Virus record (IMG/VR): IMGVR_UViG_3300028392_000029
Coordinates: 124,001 to 188,000 of that record
Reading direction: 5' to 3' (one strand)
DNA length: 64,000 nucleotides
A program made the position numbers and the translations under genes. Positions 30,585 through 38,816 of this stretch are shown here, one piece after another. Each line of letters starts with the position of its first letter. Position 1 is the first letter of the stretch. Under the pieces are notes generated by a model that did no database searches, was not told the origin of the DNA, and was given only the letters and a program-made list of their open reading frames with translations.

Positions 30585-31318
30585 TTTGAAGCATACTCCT
30601 GTTGCATTTTGATATTGTCAAAAAATTCTTTCTTTGTACTCTGGTCGTCTTTAAACGCACCTTTCAACACTGTGGTCTGTGTTAGACTAGAGTGTGCCAT
30701 AATGCCACGATTTTCACAGCAACCATGTGTAGCTTGAATGTATACACCTAAGTTTTCTGCTCCAGTTGCTTTTTGGATTTCTCTAGCAATGTCGTTGCAA
30801 AGTTCTTCCTGGAGAGTCCCGCGACGAGCACACCACTGAGCAATACGAGTGTACTTGCTAAGACCAATAAGTTTTTCTGCGGCGATGATGCCAATGTAAG
30901 CGACACCGCTAACGGGCTGATGATGATGACTGCACATAGAGCGCAACTCGCTACGTACCACCAACATACCTTCGTAACGGTCCGCTGAATCGTTTGGAAA
31001 TGCTGTTGCGTCTGGTGCTTGTTCATATCTTCCTGCCATAACTTCATTAAAATACATTTTAGCCAATCGCTTGGCTGTGCCTTTGCTGTTAGGATCAGTT
31101 TCACGATCGATTAGCAGTGTGTCTAATACTTTTTCAAAAGCTTCTGTAGCTTCATTGATTAAGATTTCCTTGTCACCTTCGTGTAGGTAATCGCTAATGT
31201 TATCTCCAGCCCAGAAACGTTTGTTATCACGTTTCATTTTAAAGCGGATAGCATCTGCAAGGTTACATTCCTCGTAGCCTTTGTCGTCAATATTTTTGTA
31301 TGTTACGGATTCAGTCAT
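30581..31318 (-). CDS. folE: GTP cyclohydrolase I
   Basis: TAKRLAKMY, SMCSHHHQP, IGLSKYTR, LQEEL, HGCCENRG. Confidence 0.95.
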   Translation of the reverse strand: MTESVTYKNIDDKGYEECNLADAIRFKMKRDNKRFWAGDNISDYLHEGDKEILINEATEAFEKVLDTLLIDRETDPNSKGTAKRLAKMYFNEVMAGRYEQAPDATAFPNDSADRYEGMLVVRSELRSMCSHHHQPVSGVAYIGIIAAEKLIGLSKYTRIAQWCARRGTLQEELCNDIAREIQKATGAENLGVYIQATHGCCENRGIMAHSSLTQTTVLKGAFKDDQSTKKEFFDNIKMQQEYASK

Positions 31319-31336
31319 TATTACTCCTATGTTAGT

Positions 31337-31365
31337 ATTATATAGGTTTATTTAGGTTTTTGCAA
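31337..31365 (-). promoter_or_regulatory. sigma70-type promoter of folE with embedded TAAATA
   Basis: TTGCAA-17 nt-TATAAT followed by AGGAG and ATG. Confidence 0.7.
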
Positions 31366-31376
31366 ATTTTTCGAGT

Positions 31377-31478
31377 TTATTTTGTTAGTTGGGGTACTAT
31401 AATAAATCCTAGTCCAAACCAAAAAATTAGATATTCAATCCAATATTTTTCTATCAATTCTGTAATTTGTTTTTTCAT
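31377..31478 (-). CDS. Small membrane peptide (33 aa, absent from the ORF track)
   Basis: MKKQITELIEKYWIEYLIFWFGLGFIIVPQLTK; ATGA overlap. Confidence 0.5.
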   Translation of the reverse strand: MKKQITELIEKYWIEYLIFWFGLGFIIVPQLTK

Positions 31479-31681
31479 TTTATTTTATCTGCTCGAAGTT
31501 TGCGACAGCCTTCTTTGACCGCAATAGGATAATCGGGACTTATTTCGGCAATTGAGCAATCGTATTTTACAGTAATATGAGGATGCTCGATTACATAAAA
31601 TACAGTGTAAGCACAGGCTATCAACGCACAAACTAAAGCAGTGATTACATCGTAATTTTGTCTGATAGTAGAATTTTGCAT
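31475..31681 (-). CDS. Small membrane protein
   Basis: N-terminal hydrophobic segment. Confidence 0.55.
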   Translation of the reverse strand: MQNSTIRQNYDVITALVCALIACAYTVFYVIEHPHITVKYDCSIAEISPDYPIAVKEGCRKLRADKIK

Positions 31682-31848
31682 AATTGATAATCTTTTTTTG
31701 ATTTAAAATTAAACGACATATCTTCGAAGCTCGGATGATATGTATATCGTTCTCCAGGCAATCCAAATACTTCTACTACATCTGCGCACATTTGATTCCA
31801 CCAATTATTATCTTGGTCGTGCCAGGGAATTACAATTTTATAATCCAT
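31645..31848 (-). CDS. Hypothetical protein
   Basis: Start moved to MDYKIV. Confidence 0.5.
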   Translation of the reverse strand: MDYKIVIPWHDQDNNWWNQMCADVVEVFGLPGERYTYHPSFEDMSFNFKSKKDYQLCKILLSDKITM

Positions 31849-32215
31849 TACGATAATTGCCCTTGCTGGGAATGACATGACGAACTCCTCCACGTGGATC
31901 TGGCATATCTCCTTGACGTCTTGGGATCATATGCACATGTGGATACATTACTGTTTGTCCAGCAACTTCGCCGACATTTTGCCCAATGTTGAATCCTGCC
32001 CATTTTTCCGATTCAACCCCGTCGTAACCAAATTGGTATGCGGCTTTGAAGCAGTCATATAAGTTTTCAGCTCTTTTGTAGGTAGGCACAAATAACAAAT
32101 GCCCTTCGGTAACTGGATATGCATCTTTAAACACCCAAAAAGTTTTTGTTCTATATTCAATTTCAGTCCACGGTGCAGACTTGTCAGCTAATTCACGTTC
32201 AAGATCTGTTAGCAT
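31838..32215 (-). CDS. HIT family hydrolase
   Basis: YPVTEGHLLFVP, GFNIGQN.G..AGQTV, variant triad YPHVHMIPR. Confidence 0.88.
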   Translation of the reverse strand: MLTDLERELADKSAPWTEIEYRTKTFWVFKDAYPVTEGHLLFVPTYKRAENLYDCFKAAYQFGYDGVESEKWAGFNIGQNVGEVAGQTVMYPHVHMIPRRQGDMPDPRGGVRHVIPSKGNYRNGL

Positions 32216-32393
32216 TTTCTAAATTTTTTAATTCGTCTATTAAATAATCTTTATACTCAGCTAACAAGGTACTTTTGCGGTCATTGCCGGCTTCACCTTG
32301 CAATTTTATGATGTCAGCCTCTACCATAGCAATCTTATCTTTCAAATCTTGCATAGATAATGGCTGATTATTTAATTGGTCTACTTGTCTCAT
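32199..32393 (-). CDS. Hypothetical coiled-coil protein
   Basis: 64 aa ORF. Confidence 0.55.
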   Translation of the reverse strand: MRQVDQLNNQPLSMQDLKDKIAMVEADIIKLQGEAGNDRKSTLLAEYKDYLIDELKNLENANRS

Positions 32394-32590
32394 GATCTGC
32401 GTGATCCAAAACTTAATCCACTAGCACCGCCTAGCAGGATTGCAAATGCCGCCCAAGTTTCCCAAGTCAACGGAATGTGTAGCACTGGAAACAGTGTGTT
32501 CAAAGCCCATATACCTAGTATGGGTCCGAGTGCAATGGCAATTACAATTAGAGTAAGGCCAAATATTAATTTAATTAATGCTGATGTCAT
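32390..32590 (-). CDS. Small membrane protein
   Basis: Two hydrophobic segments; start moved to MTSAL. Confidence 0.55.
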   Translation of the reverse strand: MTSALIKLIFGLTLIVIAIALGPILGIWALNTLFPVLHIPLTWETWAAFAILLGGASGLSFGSRRS

Positions 32591-33078
32591 AACCAAAATT
32601 CCTCCCAAGGATAAACTAACCAGCAGTCTTCCTCTGCCTTATTTACAGTCCAGACATAGTAATCTGGATCTTTAAACTGACTTGACTGATTGTGTGTCAA
32701 TACTGCAAAGCGAACTGAGTCTCCCCAAATAGTTTTCCAATTAGGATGACCTGGTAATGCACTTGACTCCCAGTCTTGCTTGATCCAAGCAACAGTGGAT
32801 CCTTGATCGTTAATATCATCAACGATCAGTATCTTTTTACCTTCAAATGCATCTTCTGCCATGCCACAGTTACTTACACAATCTCCGCCGTCACGTAGAC
32901 TAACATCTAAACTTAGCATTTTAATGCCAGTATATTGACTAAGAAGATTGGCAGGAACAAGCCCGCCCCGGGTAATGCCCACAATGTAGTCAGGTCGCCA
33001 ATTGTGTGCTGACATCTGTCGAGCAATATCTAAACAAGCACCTTCTACTTGAGACCAAGTATAATAAACTTTTTTCAC
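32587..33078 (-). CDS. Purine phosphoribosyltransferase-like protein
   Basis: VGITRGGLVPA and the PRPP loop ILIVDDINDQGST; C-terminal WLVYPWE. Confidence 0.85.
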   Translation of the reverse strand: MKKVYYTWSQVEGACLDIARQMSAHNWRPDYIVGITRGGLVPANLLSQYTGIKMLSLDVSLRDGGDCVSNCGMAEDAFEGKKILIVDDINDQGSTVAWIKQDWESSALPGHPNWKTIWGDSVRFAVLTHNQSSQFKDPDYYVWTVNKAEEDCWLVYPWEEFWL

Positions 33079-33305
33079 GCAACTAGTCCGTTTGCAAGTA
33101 CTTGCATCTCTTGCTTGGTCATAAAGAAGTTATATGTTTGCGAGTCAATAACATCACCGTCTTTTAATGACTCCTGTAACATGTTAATACTAAACAAACC
33201 TTTAGGGCTTAGTACTTCATGCTTTTTAAGCGTCAAACGAAATCCTTCGTTTTCTTTAATAACCATTTCTTTATAGGTATCTTTAACTGATTCATGTAGT
33301 TCCAT
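33075..33305 (-). CDS. Hypothetical protein
   Basis: Start moved to MELHES, 6 nt after AAGGAG. Confidence 0.55.
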   Translation of the reverse strand: MELHESVKDTYKEMVIKENEGFRLTLKKHEVLSPKGLFSINMLQESLKDGDVIDSQTYNFFMTKQEMQVLANGLVA

Positions 33306-33729
33306 CTTCATCTCCTTTAATTGCTTCAAATGTTCTATACTTACCCAATGCATTGATGTATTCATCATACAGTTTCTTTAGCTTTGGATGCTTCTTCTCT
33401 AGTTTAACATCTCGTTCTGGAATTTGCAACACCTTTTCGATTGTATCTAACCGTTCTTCCAAGTCACGGCCGTTGATAACCATTCGACCTTTGACTTCTA
33501 ATTCTGGTGGATTATTTTTGGCAACCAATACATTGTCGCCGGGAAAATTTCTCCAACTAGTTCCGTTACCAGTTGATGTTAAAAACTGTCCTGCGGATCC
33601 AGTATTATTAGTTGTATAAACTGTTCCAACTGTTAGTGGAGTTGCCGGCGGAACGGCATTACCGTACCCAATAGATACAGTGCTTCCAATCAAGCCATTA
33701 CTGACGGCGTTCTTCAAGATAGTTGTCAT
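33292..33729 (-). CDS. Hypothetical protein, Thr/Gly-rich N-terminus
   Basis: 145 aa ORF. Confidence 0.6.
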   Translation of the reverse strand: MTTILKNAVSNGLIGSTVSIGYGNAVPPATPLTVGTVYTTNNTGSAGQFLTSTGNGTSWRNFPGDNVLVAKNNPPELEVKGRMVINGRDLEERLDTIEKVLQIPERDVKLEKKHPKLKKLYDEYINALGKYRTFEAIKGDEDGTT

Positions 33730-34168
33730 TGTGTATCCATTTGTTGTTTACCCAGAATCCCCATTCTTGCTGTTGCGGCCCAGGCATAAACAAGGTCCAA
33801 GGTGTAACACCGGGTTTCAATTCAATACGGTGATAGCTGTTGGCACTGCAAAATCTAAAATGCCCAGGCCCCCGCCAGTGTTTGGTTTCACTGACCATTT
33901 TGCCGTATTCAAAATTAGGGGTATATTCGTAATAGCCGCCTGCTAATATTAAAGTAAAATACGGCCACGGATGATCGTGTACATCTCCGGGATCACCTTT
34001 ATGGAATTTATGTAGGAACGCATTAAACGGAAATCTCTTACGATCTTTTAAAAACAGATAATAACGAGTTAGCAACGGCTCGTTACATTGACGATCCATA
34101 ATAATACGTTTGCGGTCATTCCGCTCTAGACAGTTAAGGCTTAGGTCTTTGATCTTCTGGAGTATCAT
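33698..34168 (-). CDS. Cupin-fold protein
   Basis: LHKF...HDHPW...GGYYE...HRIEL...WTLF cupin-like pattern. Confidence 0.6.
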   Translation of the reverse strand: MILQKIKDLSLNCLERNDRKRIIMDRQCNEPLLTRYYLFLKDRKRFPFNAFLHKFHKGDPGDVHDHPWPYFTLILAGGYYEYTPNFEYGKMVSETKHWRGPGHFRFCSANSYHRIELKPGVTPWTLFMPGPQQQEWGFWVNNKWIHNDNYLEERRQ

Positions 34169-34520
34169 AGTGATTTTTTACAAGTAGGTAAGTTGTTTTA
34201 AATTTTTCAAAAGCTATTGCTAGACCTGGATATTCTTTACACATTTTCTGTATCCGATTCCAATCCGGGAATGTGTCAGCCCATTCTTCTGTAGAAGGAT
34301 TAAATGTAAATGCAGAAATGCTAGCAGAGGATAATGTCGAAATAGTTCCAGTAGTTAATCCGATACCAGTACCTAATGTAACTGTACCCATATTATTGCC
34401 ATAATAATATGAGCTACCGTTACCTATATTAGCCCCTATATTAGCAAATGTAGAAGTATCTATAGTAATAGTGTCATTTGATGTTATTGAGTAAGTTGTT
34501 GGCACTGAAGAATTGGTCAT
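34134..34520 (-). CDS. Hypothetical protein, Thr/Ser/Gly-rich N-terminus
   Basis: 128 aa ORF. Confidence 0.6.
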   Translation of the reverse strand: MTNSSVPTTYSITSNDTITIDTSTFANIGANIGNGSSYYYGNNMGTVTLGTGIGLTTGTISTLSSASISAFTFNPSTEEWADTFPDWNRIQKMCKEYPGLAIAFEKFKTTYLLVKNHYDTPEDQRPKP

Positions 34521-35571
34521 ATAAATCCTTTGCTTGTTTACGTATGGCAGGTATCCTTGTGGAATAATTGTCCATGTGTTCTATTATTGCACGGCATAGA
34601 TCTGGTCTATAAACAGTGTAAGTGTCATAGTCGTTGGTCCATACACTGGGATACTTGAATGTATCATAATACATCTCTGAGTAGCTGAGTCTATCTGGAA
34701 CCATAGGTATAGCATCGACTACCGCACCTTCATAACAACTGATACCTAGTGTTTCTTGTAAGTTGGCACTGAACACCATCTTCGCTTCGCCTAACAAGTT
34801 ATGATATTCATTTTTTGTTAGCTGTTGATCCTGACACACTACAAATTCATACTGCGGTAAATGTGCGGCCAAGTCTCGAAAGATATCTACCTGCTTCTCT
34901 GGTGCAATACGATGTGGGAACAAGATAAGATCACGCTTGGGCATATTCTTATACATGGTCAAGGTATCTTCCATATACTCCATGGGCCAACCGGTGCGTA
35001 CAAATCTAGGATCTTCGCCGGCAATAATGTCTGCCAGATCTTCTTCTAACCACGGATTTTCTGTAGGATAATCGTTTAGAAGATTAGTAACAAACATTCG
35101 GATATGAAAATCGGTGGCAAAGTAGTTGTGATCAAATGCGTGAAAGAAACTCTTCTCAGCATTTCTGACCCAGGGCTTATTGCCAACCAGTCGACCTAGA
35201 AAGTCTTGAGGATCATATGATCCAGCATGCCACAGGCCATGTGTAACTACTGGAATATTCAATAGCTCACTCATGTACTTTAAGTTGATGATGCCAGGGT
35301 GCCAAGCGTCAGTAAACAAAAAATGATCCCCAGGCTTAACTGCTCCGGAGCAAAATAAACGACCCATCTGCTCAACTTGACTAGCTTTATATATGTTAGT
35401 TCCACCAAAATTGAGAAAAGCGCCAGGGGTGGTAGCAGTCGGAATATCTGTAGGTCCGGAAATAATTTGAACATTGTGTCCTGCCTTTTTAAGTAACGCA
35501 GGTACATGAGTCTTCCATTGACCCGTGTACCTTGTCTCAACTGATTCTAAGTCGACTAAGAATACGTTCAT
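34474..35571 (-). CDS. GT-B (GT4-like) glycosyltransferase
   Basis: LFPHRIAPEKQ and the Ex7E signature QETLGISCYEG...PDRLSYSE; HAGSYD. Confidence 0.75.
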   Translation of the reverse strand: MNVFLVDLESVETRYTGQWKTHVPALLKKAGHNVQIISGPTDIPTATTPGAFLNFGGTNIYKASQVEQMGRLFCSGAVKPGDHFLFTDAWHPGIINLKYMSELLNIPVVTHGLWHAGSYDPQDFLGRLVGNKPWVRNAEKSFFHAFDHNYFATDFHIRMFVTNLLNDYPTENPWLEEDLADIIAGEDPRFVRTGWPMEYMEDTLTMYKNMPKRDLILFPHRIAPEKQVDIFRDLAAHLPQYEFVVCQDQQLTKNEYHNLLGEAKMVFSANLQETLGISCYEGAVVDAIPMVPDRLSYSEMYYDTFKYPSVWTNDYDTYTVYRPDLCRAIIEHMDNYSTRIPAIRKQAKDLYDQFFSANNLLNNIK

Positions 35572-35822
35572 TATTCTACAGTAGCATACTTTGGATTTTT
35601 GCCCTGATATGGCTTGCGCTCACGAGAGCTGTCCAGACGTTTAGGTCTACGTGATTTTTCAAAGTTTCGCCATGCCCAACTTTCTCTGTTATAAAGATGG
35701 GACTCATCAAACGGAAACATTTCCAACCGACAGAAATTGTGATATGCTTCTAGATCATCAAAGATCTTAACAACATCAGGACGGTTTTCGAAGTAAGCGT
35801 AGTCTTTGTAATTTTTAGCCAT
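35571..35822 (-). CDS. Hypothetical protein
   Basis: Start moved to MAKNYK, after AGGAAAG. Confidence 0.6.
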   Translation of the reverse strand: MAKNYKDYAYFENRPDVVKIFDDLEAYHNFCRLEMFPFDESHLYNRESWAWRNFEKSRRPKRLDSSRERKPYQGKNPKYATVE

Positions 35823-35841
35823 GATAGCTTTCCTTGTATTT

Positions 35842-36231
35842 TTAATACTTAATAAATGAACCATTTTCTCCGTCTTCGGAGACCTCAATCCAAACCTCAC
35901 GGCCTGGATACTTGCTGGAAATAGTATCAAACAAATCGCCTGACATCATCTCGCAACTCTTGTAGTCTAGTTGGAGTGTACCCTCTGCGTACAATTTTTC
36001 CAACCAGCGTTTAAACTGAATAAACTCAATATCGCGATCATCGTGGGTGACACTAATCCACACTTTGAAGTGGAATGTGTGGCGATGCGGATAGCCTAGA
36101 AAACTTACATCATATTCATCACCTGTAGCAAGTGCTGTATCTGTAAGTGCGGCTGGATATTTGTGAATACCTTCTTTCTGAAAGGTAACCCAAATCATTT
36201 TGTTAGGACGAATGTCTTGTTTAATAATCAT
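35842..36231 (-). CDS. QueD/PTPS-like T-fold protein
   Basis: EGIH...HRHTFHF (cf. HGH), DIEF (cf. DF), SCEM (cf. TAEN), VSEDGENG. Confidence 0.7.
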   Translation of the reverse strand: MIIKQDIRPNKMIWVTFQKEGIHKYPAALTDTALATGDEYDVSFLGYPHRHTFHFKVWISVTHDDRDIEFIQFKRWLEKLYAEGTLQLDYKSCEMMSGDLFDTISSKYPGREVWIEVSEDGENGSFIKY

Positions 36232-36803
36232 ACAGTTTCTTCAAAGAGTGAGGTATAAGTTGATATAGCCATGTTTTCAAGTGTTTTCATATCTTCATCA
36301 CTTAGTCTAAAAGAATAAGATTTAGACTTCGGTAAATGCACTTGTTCAAAATATCCGTAGAAACCTTCATAAGGTGTATACCCGATATTTTCATTCATTG
36401 TAATCAATGTTTTAGCATTGTTATATGCTTTTTCTATCAGTGCTTGAATGTGCGGAGCAGAAAAATCGTAAACTCTTGCTTCGATAATCACTCCGCCTTT
36501 AATTTTAATTCTTAACTGTTGTTGAAACTTTTTCCATACATGGGAATTCTTGTAGTCATTATTAATAATGTCTTCAGCATGCATATCTGCAATAGTTTGC
36601 GCACTAGTTGCATCAACATCTCGAGTTTTTACTTCAAGACCGTATACTAATATGTCTGCGCCATGACCTCGATTAATAGGAACACCCATAGATTCAAGTA
36701 ATGCTTCGACGGCTCTACCTGCATATCCGCCAGCACTTGCTGGTACTTTTTTGCCAATTAGTTGATCAGCAATTTTAAATACTTTTACTTTTGCCTTTAT
36801 CAT
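36228..36803 (-). CDS. MutH/Sau3AI-like PD-(D/E)xK endonuclease
   Basis: GYAGRAVEALLE...GADILVYGLEVKTR resembles the MutH-family G..vE....D....G.ElKT pattern. Confidence 0.6.
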   Translation of the reverse strand: MIKAKVKVFKIADQLIGKKVPASAGGYAGRAVEALLESMGVPINRGHGADILVYGLEVKTRDVDATSAQTIADMHAEDIINNDYKNSHVWKKFQQQLRIKIKGGVIIEARVYDFSAPHIQALIEKAYNNAKTLITMNENIGYTPYEGFYGYFEQVHLPKSKSYSFRLSDEDMKTLENMAISTYTSLFEETV

Positions 36804-37324
36804 TTGATAACTTCATCGTTTTTATATTGAGACCAGTCTGTAAACTTACTTCTATCCATTAGCGTATGTAGACTGTGGGACCATACACCGGGATTAGTTG
36901 CCTTAAAATCTTTGTCATCTATTTTAAGCATTGTATTATAATTCCACAATTTAATGTAAGGAATTGGCACTCTTATTTGCGGAATAAAGTTGTTGTAGTC
37001 ATTCAATCCACCGTCATTAAACTCTTCTACAGCACTTAATGGAATATCTAGACTGCATATATAACCTTCTCCTAGGAAGTATTCAATCATTTCTTCCCAT
37101 TTTTTCCAACCAGCATAGTCGTTGAATACTGGATTAAAACTGTGATTTGCACCAAAGAAAATATGCTCGCAATCATTGTTCACTGCATGAAATGCAATTT
37201 GATCAATTTGTTGAATACCTGTAACAAACAAAGTTTTTAATCCGTATGCAGGAGTATGTTCAATTTCTGTGCCAACAAAAAATGTCACTTGCTCGCTTAC
37301 ACCAGTTGTATAATCACGTTTCAT
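36800..37324 (-). CDS. Hypothetical protein
   Basis: 174 aa ORF inside the modification locus (HIFFGANHSF). Confidence 0.65.
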   Translation of the reverse strand: MKRDYTTGVSEQVTFFVGTEIEHTPAYGLKTLFVTGIQQIDQIAFHAVNNDCEHIFFGANHSFNPVFNDYAGWKKWEEMIEYFLGEGYICSLDIPLSAVEEFNDGGLNDYNNFIPQIRVPIPYIKLWNYNTMLKIDDKDFKATNPGVWSHSLHTLMDRSKFTDWSQYKNDEVIK

Positions 37325-37565
37325 TCTTTTCTGCCTTCGATCGTTCGTACACTTTAAACATTCTAGTTACATCTTCTATACGTTCAGCAAAATGCTCAGG
37401 AGCACCTCGAGCCGCCGCTTTCATATCATATTCTTCGGGATAGTGTCTTAAACAAGCTCGAGCACCGTCTTTGATTGCTTTTGGAACTCGAGGAGTAGTC
37501 AGGATCTCTAATAGAAATCTTTTAGTTTGTACTACTGCTCGATATCTTTCATCTGGTAACGTCAT
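37314..37565 (-). CDS. Hypothetical protein
   Basis: 83 aa ORF downstream of a TATAAT promoter. Confidence 0.6.
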   Translation of the reverse strand: MTLPDERYRAVVQTKRFLLEILTTPRVPKAIKDGARACLRHYPEEYDMKAAARGAPEHFAERIEDVTRMFKVYERSKAEKNET

Positions 37566-37571
37566 ATTTGT

Positions 37572-37599
37572 ATTATACAGTGATTGTAACTAAAATCAA
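37572..37599 (-). promoter_or_regulatory. Possible sigma70-type promoter
   Basis: TTGATT-16 nt-TATAAT, 6 nt before the ATG at 37565. Confidence 0.45.
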
Positions 37600-38816
37600 T
37601 CGTTTTGGCCAAGTTCGTCAAATATGAACGGCGAACCTTTAAAATAATTATATCCAAAAAACTCATCCATAATAGATAAACTATGTGCTGAAAACAATAT
37701 TGGGGGACCGTTTGCAGGTAATCCCATATCATATGCACGTTGGTTATAGGCCATTAGTTTTCTAAACTCGATATCTCCAGCTAGATTATCTTTTGAGTTT
37801 TGACTAGCTTGCCGCCAAAATTCTGTATCAAAATTACTACCACCGTGATAGATATAGTTAATAATACGTTCTAAAGTCTGTGCTAATCTAACTTGTTCAG
37901 CGTTGGCTTCTTCTTGATTCATTTGACCTGTAACATACTTAAAAATAATACCACATACGTTTGTATAGTGGTTAATCGATGTTGCACTAATTGGTTCAAA
38001 GAATATAGCACGATTGCCGTTCTTGATAACTCTGTTATCAACTAATTTAGTAGTATAATAGGGTTTGAATTTATACTCTTTAGTATCTAATTCGTCTATA
38101 GTTATTTTTAGCATTTCAGCCATGTCAGCTTTTGCATCTTCAACAGTAGTGATTGTGTCGTTAAACAAATAACCATATGTTTTTCTACTAGTTAACGGAA
38201 TTCCAAACATCCATCCATTCTTGGTAGCAAAGTGTTCTGTGTACTGAATAGGATCAAATCTTTCAAAGCTATGTACTAGACATCTGTTTAGAATACTGCA
38301 AGTACTCATATGATAGTCTTCAGAGTAGTCTGTAGGGAAACCTCTGCAATCTATAACATAATCAAATTCTTCATTGGTTCCATTTATTTCTACAATAGCT
38401 TTATCAGAATTATTAATAACATTAGTTACTGTGCCTTCAATTATGGAAAACTTTTGCGGCCAGCATAGAGCTAATCTTTCAAATACAAATTCTTTTAATT
38501 TAAAATTATTAAAATGTACAGCTACCCCGCCCTGTAGCAATGGGTTCAACCATTCCCACTTACGCCAGTTAATATACTTTGTTCCAAATTTAAGTGTGCT
38601 ATCTAATTTTGGAGTATCTTCAAGAGTTGTAAATCGTGTACCTTTTTCCAGTAAGCCAATAAATCCAGGATTAGTACTTTCGCCAATTCCTAAAATAGGA
38701 ATAGCTGGGTCATACAGTGAAACAATGTCCCATTCATTAGTAAGTGTTGAGCAAAGGTGCGACAATGTTAGCACCCCAGCACTACCTACTCCTAGTACAC
38801 CAATACGTTTCTTCAT
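37596..38816 (-). CDS. Tryptophan-halogenase-like flavoprotein
   Basis: GVLGVGSAG FAD motif, GIGEST, IDCRGF, GWMFGIP, FFEPISAT. Confidence 0.75.
   Translation of the reverse strand: MKKRIGVLGVGSAGVLTLSHLCSTLTNEWDIVSLYDPAIPILGIGESTNPGFIGLLEKGTRFTTLEDTPKLDSTLKFGTKYINWRKWEWLNPLLQGGVAVHFNNFKLKEFVFERLALCWPQKFSIIEGTVTNVINNSDKAIVEINGTNEEFDYVIDCRGFPTDYSEDYHMSTCSILNRCLVHSFERFDPIQYTEHFATKNGWMFGIPLTSRKTYGYLFNDTITTVEDAKADMAEMLKITIDELDTKEYKFKPYYTTKLVDNRVIKNGNRAIFFEPISATSINHYTNVCGIIFKYVTGQMNQEEANAEQVRLAQTLERIINYIYHGGSNFDTEFWRQASQNSKDNLAGDIEFRKLMAYNQRAYDMGLPANGPPILFSAHSLSIMDEFFGYNYFKGSPFIFDELGQND

Noticed and set aside
29860-31380. preQ1 riboswitch upstream of queE or folE
   Set aside because: The leaders are overlapped or very short, and I see no preQ1-I/II consensus
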